Shown piece after piece: positions 26,480 to 40,499 of a DNA stretch of 64,000 nt. The stretch is from Octopus vulgaris (Eukaryota): NCBI GenBank assembly GCA_951406725.2, contig OX597836.1, positions 47,244,001 through 47,308,000 of the forward strand, written 5' to 3'. Within the stretch, counting starts at the first letter, position 1, and the number at the start of each line of letters is the position of its first letter. A program made the position numbers and the translations under genes. The notes beneath the pieces were generated by a model. It was not told the origin of the DNA. It made no database searches and worked only from the letters and a program-made list of their open reading frames with translations.

Positions 26480-27530
26480 TTTTATATTTCTTTATTTATT
26501 TTATCTTTTTTTATCAAAAAGTATAAAATGAATGATAAATATAATATAATAAGTAAAAACACCACGTACGTTTCATGGCTATAATTAAATTCGAATTACA
26601 ATTATGTTTAAATTCAATTGAAATAAATTCGAACTAAAATTATAGTCAATCTTCAGGTTAATGATAATAGTTAAATAAATAAGCAAATAGAGTTAAACAA
26701 TATTTATTTAAGAAATAAATAAAATACTAATTTTTCTTATAGAAAAAACTCCATTATCTAAATTAGAAACTTAAGACATTAGGATTATTTCCTACAAACC
26801 ATTTATTATGTTAAATATTTATTTATATGGTAAAAAAAATAGATAGAAATATGTATTTATCTATGAAGATATAATATGGCTTAAAAAAAACATAATAAAC
26901 TCTCGAATATCCTTAATTCAGTTATAGTCCAATATTTAGTTGCCAAATTATTTAACAAAATAATCACTATTCATATTTTTAGATTTAAGTTCACATCTAA
27001 TAATTATAAAATATTTAAAAATAAGTATCTAAATTATAATCAACAAATATAGTAATTAAAATCTAAAATTTACTCTATCAATAAATATAAAGACATATAA
27101 TGAAAAATAAATAAAATGATTAGTCCATTATTACTTACATAAATATTATAAATATCAATATAATATATTTATGAAATACATCTAAAAAATTAAAGATTAA
27201 AAACCGAATTAAAAACGTATAACCTATCTTAAAAGAACAGTATAACTATTTTATGATCTGTATACCTCAGTGACTAAGTAATATCTTACAAATTACGTAC
27301 AGTTATAATCTAATAATTAAATACATATCATCAATAACTAAATAATTATAGAATAAAATTAACAATCAGTAGTTATATAGTATACAATACAATACAATAA
27401 GACTTCTTAAAATATCTTGAAGCACCTTAAATAGAAAAGGTTTACTTAGCTTTCAAAAACCGTGTCATTAACTAAAATTTTAAAACGGAAAACGTCTTTT
27501 CAGCGTTTATAAGAATTCTCGTGGAATTAC
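26276..27530. mobile_element. Extremely AT-rich eroded Penelope-like relic with an inverted hammerhead-bearing terminal repeat
   Basis: Start shared with 60841-61110 and 63380-63700; minus-strand CTGAAGA...long stem...GAAACGTACGT at 26561-26667; remnant RT words (YV, IW, FLDL, YLNY) on + at 26840-27040. Confidence 0.5.
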
Positions 27531-27541
27531 GTTATTATTTC

Positions 27542-27922
<381 letters not shown>

Positions 27923-28004
27923 TATATGTATATATATATATATGTATACATATATGTGTATATATATGTACATATATGATTGTGTATATATATTATATAT
28001 TGTT

Positions 28005-29560
28005 AATCCTTGGCGGCAAGCTGTCATCTACTGGAGAAGTAATGGCAGCTACTAAGCACACTTTTTTCTCTGTCCCAGCTCTTTGGGATTTGTCTGTTAG
28101 GCTTATATTTTACATATGTTTTGACCGAAATATTCCACCGGTATTCCTTCATGTAATGGCTGAGTATACACTCTACATTGCTGCAAGTTCATCTATATTT
28201 TTCTTCAGCAGTATACTTTTTAAACGTTGCATTTCATATTGTTTTGTTCACATCATTTTACATATGTAAATAAGTATCGTGATAGCAATTTCAGACCTTC
28301 TTGGACCATCCCTTTTGATTTGGGATGTGTTAATTCCACAGAGCCTACATCAGTTGCTACATGTCGATTTTTTGCTTGCATCGGTATTTTTCTTTTCTAT
28401 TTTTTCTGAGAATCAATCGTTATTTCCGGTTCCTAGATTTCAAATGCATGTCTTATAAAGTTTTAGAGCTCTTATAGCAGATGCTGGTCCTTGATAAACT
28501 TCTCCCGTTTAGTTAAAGGCTGAGTGTGAGGGTAACGTAAATATGCTACCCTCACACTCAGCCTTTCTGACAACTAAGTCATGCTTGACAGTCTGTTGAT
28601 AAGCAAAAAGTCTTTCCTCTGATATTTTGTTCTGCTAGAGATGTGTGACTTGACCATCGGTCTAGGAATACTTTCTAAGGCAATCCTTCAACTCTTATGA
28701 TACTCTTTGCTGCTTGTATACACACTTAACCCATGGATGGATTTACATTGTCGGTGGTCAACGGATGATGTCAAAGGGATATGCCATGACATCTGAATCT
28801 ATGTTAAGCCTATTTGATTTCGTTTTTTGTAGGAACTGTCAGTATCGTTATTGCTGTGGAAATTTCTGGTTGTTTTAAGTAGCTTCTGCGTTTTAATATC
28901 TATATTAAACCCAGGTTTCATCTTGTCTCCAAATGAATACACATTGTGTGGCCAGCTGATTTGTCTAACCATAGGTAAATTGAATAGTCCTTGTGAGATA
29001 AAAGAGAAATTGTCAAGCCAGTGACAGAGATTTTGTTCAACTGGTTTGTTGTTTTCTCTCGCTTTACAATCGGCCTTTACTATATACTCTGAGAATGTCA
29101 ACCGGTTCTATGCTCTCCATATAATTGATATATTTGCCATATACACTGAAGTCGGTCTTTTGAAGCATTTATGCACCATTCAGGCTTCCTCAACAATAAA
29201 GAAGATAAGGCTTTCGTTGCATCACAGAAAAATTGTCTCGTGAAAATATACACCTGCGGTACTTTATCCTATTTGTGACAATGCAATCACTGACTGTTTT
29301 TAGCTCCAGTTCCGTACGATGCGAAGTTGTATACAATTATGATTAGGATCTCCGAAGCCTAAGCAAATCAAACACCTTTTTGCTTCCACGAGTATGAATA
29401 CAATCGAATGCTTTGTTGTAATCCATCCAAGATGCAACCAAATTTTTCTTATGTCATTTGACATCACAGTATTGTTACTTGTCCTGAAAGGGTTTTTTTT
29501 TCTCAACTGCTTCTTCAATTGTGTTGATATTGAACAACCACAGCAGAGGCGTAGCTTTTA
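28005..29560 (-). mobile_element. Ancient, heavily degraded R4/Dong-type LINE (RT and RLE remnants)
   Basis: Minus-strand remnants WMDYNKAFD, KYRRCIF, and EKKVCLVAAITSPVDD (compare EKKCFLIDVSIPADD at about 4440). Confidence 0.55.
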
Positions 29561-29689
29561 GTGGGACAAGGGCAGCGACCGCTCCTCACGAGCAGGTTTT
29601 TCAAAATTGGTGCCTTTTCAACATTTTTCAAAACTCATTAGTTCCCTTGTGCAATAAAAATCGAATCTCTTTTTTTTTTCTCCCTTTTG

Positions 29690-30175
29690 TATTTTTGTTA
29701 ATCACGTGACATTGGAAGAACTTTCTAGAAGTCATTAATATATTTGTGAACTGTCTGCTCAATCTTCTGTGAAGTGTTGGTAGCCGCTGACATCTGAAGA
29801 ACAAAACGAATCTTGATGTTATAACCTCTCCACCCTGGACGATCCCGCGCAGTTTCATCTTTTCCACATCACACCAATATCAGTGGTCGTAAGTTTCATA
29901 TATAATGACATCGAGACTGAAACACGAGAGTAATGAACGTAGAATACAATTACGTATATTATAATTACTCTTTTACTTGTTTCAGTCATTTGACTGTGGC
30001 CATGCTGGAGCACCGCCTTTTAGTCGAGCTAATCGACCCCAGGACTTATTCTTTGTAAGCCTAGTACTTATTCTATTGGTCTCTTTTGCCGAACCACTAT
30101 GTTACGGTGACGTAAACACACCAGCATCGGTTGTCAAGTGATGTTGGGGAGATAAACACAGACACACAAACATAT

Positions 30176-30229
<54 letters not shown>

Positions 30230-31400
30230 GACGGGCTTCTTTCAGTTTCCGTCTACCAAATCCACTCACAAGGCTTTAGTCGAGCCGATGCTATAGTAGA
30301 AGACACTTGCCCAAGGTGCCACGCAGTGGGACTGAACCAGGAACCATGTGGTTGGTAAACAAGCTACTTACCACACAGCCACACCTACGCCTATTCATAA
30401 TTTCATAATTAATGAAATATTTTTGCATAATATAAGAGAAATGAATTAAAAATTGCTTGGTATGTGTCTATGCGCCTTTCTTTTTATGTACTCGCTATCC
30501 CTAACTTTAGAACTGCTGAACTAGTGTCCCTGGCGGAATAGATTCAGATAGACTGAATGTGTTTTATACATCAGCCTCTAGCATGGAGTTGGGTGGTAGT
30601 TCTCCAACATGTGAGACACCGAGCTGGCAGAAACGTTAGCACACCAGGCGAAATGCCTAGCGGTATTTCGTCTGCCGCTACGTTCTGAGTTCAAATTCCG
30701 CCGAGGTCGACTTTGCCTTTCATCCTTTAGGGGTCGATTAAATAAGTACCAGTTACGCACTGGGGTCGATATAATCGACTTAATCCGTTTGTCTGTCCTT
30801 GTTTGTTCTCTCTTTACTACCCTTGTGGGTAGTAAAGCAATAGGTAGTTCTCCAGCATGTGAATTATTTCTTTTTTCAGACCTGTTGCTAATGCCAATAA
30901 CCGTGGAATATTTGTAGCAGAATGAAGCGTACGGAAAATAACAGCATCAATTATTTTCTCTTCCTTTATCTGCCATTTGCTGATGGATTTGTTCATGAAA
31001 ATCGTAGAAGTTTGCAGACAAGATGGCGCATCTGTAACAGCATTTCTTGGTGTCCTAAAAACAAATCTGTAAACAACTCTAGGAATTCTGTAAGTGGAAA
31101 GACCTCCAGCAACTGTAGCATCATTTGTTTGCTTTTGTGCAACACTTGACAATAACACTATTGAACCAGCGAATGTTTTTCTTGAAATATTTTGTCGTAA
31201 GTGAATCAAGTATGAACGATTTATGTAGTACATTAGATAAATCTGGTGCTTCTACGATATTGATTGCACCGGATTTACAACAAGTACCAAAATTAGGATA
31301 GGCCAAAGATTCATCCGGTGCGCTCTCCCACGACATTAATGCGTTACATTTCATTTCTCACATCCATTAAGCCTATACCGGATAAATTGACAGCTATTTC
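29690..31400 (-). mobile_element. Degraded Helitron RepHel N-terminal coding remnant, interrupted by two SINEs
   Basis: C.AL.W.E...F..CC.SG...F.KNIR.FNS (31121-31354), TYRI, IIHMLENYHP; the SINE at 30618-30843 is flanked by a 20-bp duplication GGTAGTTCTCCARCATGTGA. Confidence 0.6.
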
Positions 31401-32819
31401 TGGCACTGAGTCTACATCATTCGGTCTTGCAGCATTCAAAATCCTTCTTTGTCAGTTTTGACGATTAATTGTGTTTTCAGCTTCTTGTTCTAAAATTTGT
31501 TGATGTTCTTAAGAAAGTTGTTGTGACACTGGTTGGCATTTTGCGTTAACATATATTTTCGCAGCTCTTGAGAAAGTTGTTGCTATGCTACTCGATGATG
31601 TCAGCATTTTGATCCGAAATTTATGAAAGCGCGTGACTTGGCGGTTAGAGTATTCAGTTCGCGTTAATAAGGTCGGGAGTTCGATTTTTGGCTTCGCGTT
31701 GTATTTTTGAACAAGAGACTATATTTCACTTTGCTGCAGTTCATTCAGCTGGTAAAAATCAGTAGTACCTGTAATTAAAAGGTCCAGCCTTGTCACACTC
31801 TGAGAACTACGCGTGTCCGTGGAATACTCGGCCACGTTAAATTCACAAGCAGGCTGTTCTGTTTGACCGGCTCAGCAGTAACCCTCGTCGCCGTAACCGA
31901 CGGAGAGCCTGCTTAATTTATTCAAATCACGATATCAGGTTATTTTCCACACAGTTTCATCACATACGGAAAATATCAAGTATGGAAAATCAAAGTTTAT
32001 TATATATTATTTGCTATTCCTTTCTACTCTGAGCACAAGGCCCAATATATTATTTGTTATTGTACAGATTTGTCGTTCGGTGCGGCCCTAATTATTTCGT
32101 ACTTTTACGGTGTTAAAAGCGTCTCAGTTCTAGAGTTGGTTTATCATTTTAAATCACATTTGATTTTCAAGCATCTTAGAAACCTTCTAATGATACACTC
32201 TGGAAAAGATTTAAGTTTTGAAATAAACCGTTCCTAAAATTTGGCTTTAAACCATCAGAAACAAGCAATTAGCTCAGACCCTAAAAGCAACCATCTGTAT
32301 GAATGAAAATGCTCTGTAAGGAAGATGTCCAACAACGATAATATATTTCTTTACTACCCACAAGGGGCTAAACACAGAGGGGACATGAATCCTAACATCC
32401 AAACAGAGACAAAGTCTGAAATGTGTAAGAAGAGTAGAGTTGATTATACTTGGCATTACTATTTTATCTATCCCGGTAGAATTTGAACTCAGGGAGTAAA
32501 GAGCCATAACTAAATACCACAAGGCATTTTCCGCTGCTCCAACTATCCTGTTGCTGGATGCCTGTATCCCTGGAGATTACATCTGTTAAGCTTAATTGTT
32601 TAATATAGGCAGAAGACAAGGCGATGAGTTCGCAGAATCGTCAGCAAATCAGGAGGAGTGGCTGTGTGGTAAGTAGCTTGATTACCAACCACATCGTTCC
32701 GGGTTCAGTCCCACTGCGTGGCACCTTGGACAAATGTCTTCTACTATAGCCTCGGGCCGACCAAAGCCTTGTGAGTGGATTTGGTAGACGGAAACTGAAA
32801 GAAGCCCGTCGTATATATG

Positions 32820-32868
<49 letters not shown>

Positions 32869-33384
32869 CAGTGTGAGTGTGTGTGTGTGTGTGTGTGTTT
32901 GTGCTTGACAACCGATGCTGGTGTGTTTACGACCCCTTAACTTAGCCGTTCGGCAAAAGAGACCGATAGAATAAGTACTAGACTTACAAAGAATAAGTCC
33001 TGGGATCGATTTGCTCGGCTAAAGACGGTGCTCCAGCATGGGCACAGTCAAATGACTGAAACAAGTAAAAGAGTAAAAGAGTAAATCAGGCAAACTGCTT
33101 AACGATGCGTCTTTACGTTCTGAGTTCAAATTACACCGAGGTCGACTTTACAGTTCATCCGGTCGAGGTCCATAAGATAAGTACCATTTAAACACTGGAG
33201 TCGGTATAATCCACTTGACCCTCCCTCGAAATTGCTGGGCTTGATCCAAAAATTTGAAGCCAATATAAGCAGATGGTTAATAAATCGCTCCAGTACTTGA
33301 TTTTGTACTTTCTTTTATCGATCCATGGAGGATGAATGGAAAAGTTCACATCAGTAAGATTTGAGCCCAAGACTGGTATTCACT

Positions 33385-34560
33385 TCATCCTCGTGTCAGG
33401 CAGCGAGAGCGGACATGGAGGCAGCTGAGGATTACCTCAAAACTTTTGCCGAAATTATAGCAGCCGGAGGATACGTCCGTCAGCAAGTCTTCAACTGTGA
33501 CGAGACAGGACTTTGGTGGAAGAAGATACTAAGGAGGACTTATATAACGGCAGAGGAGAAGAGGATGCCTGGCCACAAACCCATGTGCGCCAATGCGAGC
33601 GGCGACTGCAAGGTTAAGCCGCTGCTGCTCGTTATCGTTCGGAAAATCCCGGAGCCTTTAAGTCACATACGATTTTGAAAGAAAAACTGTTGGTTATGTG
33701 GAGGACAAGTCCAAGGGAGTGGGTCACCAGGCAGGTCTTTGTGGAGTGGGGGAATTTAGTCTTTGGTTCTGACGTTAAGAAATATCTCCAGGAAAATAAT
33801 CTACCCCTGCAAGCCCTTCTCATCCTGGACAATGTATCTGCTCACTCACCTAACCTCGAAGATGACATCCTCGAAGGGTTCAAGTTTATAAAGGTTCTCT
33901 ACCTTCCACCCGACACGACCCCTACCCTGCAGATCAAGAAGTTCTTATACCAAGCACCTGTTCCGCTGCTGCTTTGAGGAGACGGAGAGCACAAACCTCA
34001 CCCTTCGAGAGTTCTGGAAGGACCACTACAACATCGTGATATGCCTCAGAGTTATCGATATGGCCTTGACCTCTGCGTGGAAGAAGTTGTGGCCTGATGA
34101 TGTGTCTAAAACAGACTTTGAAAGACACAAGGAGATTGTATCCTTCGGCAAGTGCTTGGGCCTTGATGTGGATGAAGGTAACATCAATGAGCTCATCGAG
34201 GAGCACTCTGAGGAACTGACAGCAGAAGAGTTAAAGAAGCTACAGGCGCAACAGTACACGGAGATTTTGCAGGAAATAGGGGACGCGGGGGAGACGGAGA
34301 AGGTTATCACTACCAGTGCGATAAAGGAAATGCTGGAAGAAACTCTCAGATTTTATCCAAAAAAAACAAGAAAACCACCCAGAAAATGTTGCAGCTGGGC
34401 GTGCGACGGTGCTATTTAATGACACTTGCCTAACTCATTTCAGAAGCACTCTGAAGGTAAGGATGAAACAGATCTTATTGTTGTTTTCATCGAAAATTCC
34501 TGCAGATGAAAGTAAGGAAAGTGTAGTGAAAAGGACAAAAAATCAGTGGATAAGATCCAA
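33385..34560 (+). mobile_element. Tigger/pogo-like transposase remnant
   Basis: QQVFNCDETGLWWK, CANASGDCKVKPLL, LLILDN, FIKVLYLPPDTT, AWKKLWP, ELIEEHSEELT; frameshifted. Confidence 0.9.
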
Positions 34561-35677
34561 TCATTCAGTTCAGTCTTTCTCCTCCACCTCCGTCAGCATC
34601 CTCAAATTGTCTGATTTCCATGGTAAATGCTGTACTTATACTTAATGAGGAGGAGGAGACCCCCTTCGGTCATGAATGACCATAGGACTGCACCTAGAAA
34701 GTTACCCTCCGATGCACAAGTCAGGGCAAGATGGTTTGTGGAAGGCCAGCAGTCGCCCATGCATACCGGCCTCCCCTCTCCACGTCACTGAGGTTATCCA
34801 AGGGAAAGACAAAGGGGCCGATACAGCTTGGCACCAGTGACGTCACAACTCATTTCTACAGCTGAGTGGAACTGGAGCAACGTTTGCGTTATGAACCTCA
34901 ATATATATACTATGTGTAACGCTATTAAGGTCGTGTTCCAGGAAGCATTATCTGTAGCATTTGTTCTCAACTGGGGGTTCACATGGCCCTTGGGTGGGCT
35001 GAGTGTCAGGGGTCCATATAAGATTGGCTGAATCGTTACAGCGCCGGACAAAATGCTTAGCGATATTTCGTCCGTCTTTATGTTCTTAGTTCAAATTCAG
35101 CCGAGGTCGACTTTGCCTTTCATCCTTTCGAGGTCAATAAAATAAGTACCAGTTGAATACTGGGGTCGATCTAATCGACTTAATCCGTTTATCTGTCCAG
35201 TGGCATGTGTAAAAAGACTTACTCCTTCCCCAGAACTTGCTGGCCTGGTGCCAAAATTTGAAACCTATATTTGTGTACAATAAGTCGGTTACAGTTCGTG
35301 TAAGGTGCATGGCTTAGTGATTAGGAGTATTCGGTTTACGATCGTTGGGTCGCGAGTTCGATACTTGGCTGCGCCTTGTAACCTTGAGCAAAACACTTCA
35401 TCTCATGCAGCTTCAGTCCACTCAGCTGGCAAAATTGGGCAGCACCTGTGTTTCGAAGGGTCAGCCTTGTCACACTCGGTGTGTCACGCTGAATCTCCCT
35501 GAGAACTACGTTAAGGGCACACGTGTCTGTGGTGTACTCGACCACTTTCACTTTAATTTCACGAGTTCCGGTCGGGTCAGCTGGGACCTTCGTCATAGTG
35601 ACTGACCGAGTGTCAGTTTCTTTTACAATACACAAAATGTTTTGATATTTTTTAAAAAATTCCTAATAATAAAGAGT

Positions 35678-36017
35678 AAAGACCCCTTCGGTCACATGAA
35701 CGACCACGGGATTGTACTTAGAAAGTTCCCCTCCGAGGCACAAGTCCGGGTAAGGTTGTTTATATAAGACCAGCAGTCGCCCATGCATACCAGCCTTCTT
35801 TCTCCACGCCACTAATGTTATCCAAGGGAAAGGCAAAGGGGCCGATACAGCTTGGCACCAGTGACGTGACAACTCATTTCTACAGCTGAGTGAACTGGAG
35901 CAATGTGAAGTAAAGTGAGTTGCTCAAGAGCACAGCGTACAGCTCGGACCGAGAATAGAACCCACTACCTCATGATTGTGAACCCGACGCTCTAACCATT
36001 AAGCCATGCGCCTTCCT
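35678..36017 (-). mobile_element. tRNA-derived SINE, family D (tail ...CATGACCGAAGGGG)
   Basis: Related copies at 34658-34880 (-) and 57200-57525 (+). Confidence 0.7.
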
Positions 36018-36124
36018 AATAATATTCAAATATTAAAAATACAGTAAGATTTATTTTTCATTTACATCGAATGGCTTTGGATGTCCAGTCGAATAAAATA
36101 GGAATCAGTGGTATCCATGGGAAA

Positions 36125-36250
36125 ATAATGGCTGCTTCTCAAGCTTCTTTGATAACCTCCAGGTTTCTGAGCCATATAGTAGAATTGGTTCGACTGTGGC
36201 TTTGAAGATTTCAAGTTTGAAGTCTCTACTTAGATTTGATGACCAGATTC
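36125..36250 (-). mobile_element. Small RTE-like RT fragment
   Basis: IWSSNLSRDFKLEIFKATVEPILLYGSETW. Confidence 0.75.
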
Positions 36251-36843
36251 TTATTACATTTCGGTGTAGTGTCATCAACCAACTGCAGTGTCTGTCATAG
36301 GACGACGACGGTGATAAAATGGAACTAGATATTACGTTAACAGTCACTCTGGTCGGGGAAATGTCTCGAAAAAGGGCAACGTTTGATTCATCCTTTCGCT
36401 GTTTGCCGTCATCCACGGGACTTCCGTTACATACAAGGTAATATGTTGGGGAAGGAAGGGTTACTTGCTGAAGGGAACAGCTGTTACATATTAATTTCCC
36501 TGGTCGTGCAGGGAGACAAGATTTCTGATACTTGTTCATTCTCATCTTCACTCTCAAAAATTTAAGTTTACCCACATAAAGAGAAACAACTCGTAGTATT
36601 TATCCATTTCCTTCGTAATGGAAGGGAAAAGACTCCTATATCTCTCCGTCAACGGTTTCTTGTCCCTCTTAGCAAGGGAAAGTAACTCCGGCCTGCTTTA
36701 ATTGCCATTCTAATAGGGAAAAATTCAATCAAGGAAAGCAACATTCCCATTTCTTTCATGTTTGCGGACGCTGACGAGTTTGCGAGACTTTTAGTTACAC
36801 TTTACACCTGAATAAGTTTATCTCCTCCTCAGATGTTCTCTTA

Positions 36844-36887
<44 letters not shown>

Positions 36888-36910
36888 ATATATATATATA
36901 TATATATATA

Positions 36911-37118
36911 TACCGGAGTAAACACATAAATGTGAAACAAGGTGGAAAAAAGAGTACTCAAATACCAGAGGTAGAGTAATATACTTTATTTAAAAGCAGC
37001 AGAAAATTCAACAAAACCTGTTACTCTGAGTTTCACGTTCCCTGTCCGACGAACGGGAACGGGAAACTCAGAGTAACAGGTTTTGTTGAATTTTCTGCTG
37101 CTTTTAAATAAAGTATAT
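36911..37118. mobile_element. Fold-back solo terminal repeat of the Penelope family at 10276-13340, with a hammerhead
   Basis: Left arm is the reverse complement of 13210-13340; right arm has cctgt-CCGACGA-acgggaacgg-GAAA-ctcagag-TA-acagg; in (TA)n. Confidence 0.85.
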
Positions 37119-37267
37119 ATATATATATATCTACCTCTCTCTCCATAAATGTGTGAATATGATTTTCTCTTGTAATTTAACTTTTTTTATTTGTTTATCT
37201 CAGAAGGGGAATAACAATACGTTATCGCATTGGGAAAATAGTTAGCTTTTATTTATATATATATAAG

Positions 37268-37325
<58 letters not shown>

Positions 37326-37782
37326 CTGTCTATCCGTTCTGGAAAAATAGAGAGTAGCAAATTTCATTATTTTGTCTTTCATATTCGCGGTCATCCACAA
37401 GACTCAAAGAACTCTCCTTCCATAGTCCATTCTAATTGCACGTGTAGTTTTCTCTACCTTACACCCACACCTCGTCTCGCAGACACGATTATATCGGCGT
37501 CGTATTGACAACCGTCAAAGCAAAGAAGTTGTTTTGGTCCCGTCATGAAAGGAAAACAATTATTACCGTTTTCCTTTGATCTCGAAGGGGAACAACTCCG
37601 ACGTAGTGTGTTGTCTGTGTGTCTGTGTACATGGACATTTGTTCACTTTTGTGTATTCACCAATACATTTTCTTTCCTTACCGCTTAGCAATTTATTTCC
37701 TCTGCAGTCGAAGAGTCGAAACTGCAGTTTCTCGTAACATCGTTCTGTACCGAAAAAATGTGATCAGGGTAGGTAATATCTT

Positions 37783-38174
37783 GGATCTTTTCGTTTAGAA
37801 CGGCAGTTTTTCTAGCGGTGTCACCCATAATTATGACCCTAGTATCGATCTATTGCATTTCAATCTGTTTTAGGGTTACGGTTAGTTAGGGTTAGGGTTA
37901 GGGATGGGGGAAGGGTATTTTTTTTCTTCAGAAATGTAACTAAACCCAATCTGTTTCTTAAACGAGGGACATATTCATACGGCACAGAATGTTTTCACCT
38001 CATTGATTGGTTGAATTGCAGAAATTGAAAAAGACAACAAATATCTTACAAACCATAGAATTTTCTCAATAAAGCCAAGAGGAAAAGATGTTTTATAAAC
38101 ACATTCTACCAGTTTAAAAGTGTTTAGTTACGTGGAAATTATTTTAAAAACTGCCGTTCAAACCGAAAAGATCC
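37783..38174 (+). mobile_element. Merlin-like MITE with a TTAGGG tract
   Basis: GGATC...GATCC TIRs; 8-bp TSD AATATCTT. Confidence 0.85.
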
Positions 38175-38480
38175 AATATCTTTCTAGTGATTGCGAGAAT
38201 TCTCAGTTTCCCCACGTAACTCTACTTTCTGATGCTCAGCTCTGCTGCCTCTCTCAACACTGTTTCTCTCTCACACATTTTTTCTGATAACATCAATCAC
38301 AACAGGGAAGCTGATGCGTTTACATCAATGGAGAAAAGCCTCCACTATTACGTCCCCTGGCGATGAACGATAGCTTAACTCTAACGACATATCATGCTGC
38401 TTTGTGAGCTTAATATGATTACTTTCATATATTTGTTTTGCAAGATTTTTGATGTGAAATCGTGTGTTGAAACAGATAGT

Positions 38481-38788
38481 GTTGTATTTAGGAATGGTCA
38501 TTTTGCCAGTTAACCAATAAAAACACACGCACTATATGCACAAATGAAGGCACATACAATAGAAATACAAAATGGCTGACGGTTAGTAAGGAGAGACACA
38601 CAAATAAGAAAGAAGAAAGCAAAGGACCACTGATGCGGTCACGGGAGTGTGACGAAAGAACTCTGGCCGAAATGAGATTAAGATTAATGTAAAAAATAAA
38701 TAACGCTGAAGCAATGTAAACACCAAATATATAGTGCGTGTGTTTTTATTGGCTAAACTGGCAAAATGACCAATCCTAAATACAACAA
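38481..38788. mobile_element. Inverted-repeat element enclosing a hammerhead-like motif
   Basis: About 58-bp inverted arms (38481-38538 / 38729-38788); ggacca-CTGATGC-g gtcac gggagt gtgac-GAAA-gaac-TC-tggcc at 38624-38668. Confidence 0.55.
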
Positions 38789-39201
38789 TAATTACTTTCC
38801 CTTACTACAAGATGTTTTGTATTCTTCCGACTGTCATCACCGCCCAAAGAGTCACAAGGGTTTGGGTTAAGGATTCGTGTTAGATATGTACAAATATATA
38901 GACAGGTAGACAGACAGATAGACAGATATTACTACATTCTCCATCTATCTGTTTGTTTGGCTGCCTGTGTATCAATGTATGTCTCTGGGTATTAAATATC
39001 CGTCTGCCTGCCTGTCTGTTTATCTTTGTATCTATATAGTTCTCTCACTCTCTCCCACTCTATCTGTCTCCTTTTCTTTCTCGGTGTGTGTGCGCGCGTG
39101 TGTGTGTATGTATGTATGCGTATTTATATATATATTTTTTTTATTTTATTTTATTTTATCTAGTTTCAGCTCACGAGCTGTGGCCATGCTGGGGCACCGC
39201 C

Positions 39202-39246
<45 letters not shown>

Positions 39247-39699
39247 ACACTGCCATCGGTTTCGGTGTATAAAGGTCGGACAACCTGCACTTTCTTTGTC
39301 GGTCATAGTGCTTATTTGAGATTTGCAAAGAAGCTCGCAGATGTTGCGAATATGAGGATTACGAGTCGGTGCGGGCGGTATATTTGCAGCCTTTGAAGGT
39401 GGCGAGCTGGCAGAAACGTTAGCACGTCGGATGAAATGCTTAGCGGTATTTCGTCTGTCGTTACGTTGTGAGTTCAAATTCCGCCAAGGTCGACTTTGCC
39501 TTTCATCCTTTCGGGGTCGGTAAATTAAGTACCAGTTATGCACTGGGGTCGATGTAATCGACTTAATACCTATGTCTGTCCTTGTTTGTCCCCTGTATGT
39601 TTAGCCTCTTGTGAGTAATAAAGAAATAGGTATTTCGTCTGCCTTTTTTCTCCTTTGCCTTGCACCCCTAAGCCTGTTAATACTGGTTGAGGGACTCTT

Positions 39700-39952
39700 A
39701 TACCATTTTGATATGCTCTAAGGCTGTTTGCTCAAAGGTGTTGTGAGCTATATTGAGTGCGGAGAGGTTACTCTTCAAATTGTTCTAATATCTCAGCCGT
39801 AGTCGGGCAACATTCCTGCGCCTGCTATCAAGCTTGCTGTACATGAGGACTTCGGATATTCTCTCGTCACTCGTTCTGACGACATGGCCAGCCCAGCGCA
39901 ATTGCGACGGCATAAGGAAGCTCTCGATTCTATCAATCTTACATCTGCTACA
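39700..39952 (-). mobile_element. RTE-clade LINE 3' fragment
   Basis: IESFL...QLRWAGHVVR...RI...LMYSKL...R.R.RY. Confidence 0.8.
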
Positions 39953-40138
39953 CACATATAGGCGCAGGAGTAGCTGTATGGTAAGTAGCTTGTTTACCAA
40001 CCACATGGTTCCGGGTTCAGTCCCACTGCGTGGCACCTTGGGCAAGTATCTTCTACTATAGCCTCGGGCCGACCAAAGCCTTGTGAGTGGATTTGGTAGA
40101 CGGAAACTGAAAGAAGCCCGTCATATATATGTATATAG

Positions 40139-40201
<63 letters not shown>

Positions 40202-40499
40202 TGTGTGTGTGTGTGAGTGTGTGTGTGTGTTTGTCCCCCTAGCATTGCTTGACAACCGATGCTGGTGTGTTTACGTCCCTGTCACTTAGCGGTTCGGCAA
40301 AAGAGACCGATAGAATAAGTACTGGGCTTACAAAGAATAAGTCCCGGGGTCGATTTGCTCGACTAAAGACGGTGCTCCAGCATGGCCGCAGTCAAATGAC
40401 TGAAACAAATGAAAGAGTAAAAGAGTAAAGAGTATACATCCGGTTGTTTTGTGTATTTCTTGCTATAACTATCTCTTCCCGTGATCAACTATCATTTGC

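Noticed and set aside
39240-39392. Short GC-balanced unique segment as a possible exon
   Set aside because: No recognisable protein motif or splice pair, and it is bounded by repeats.
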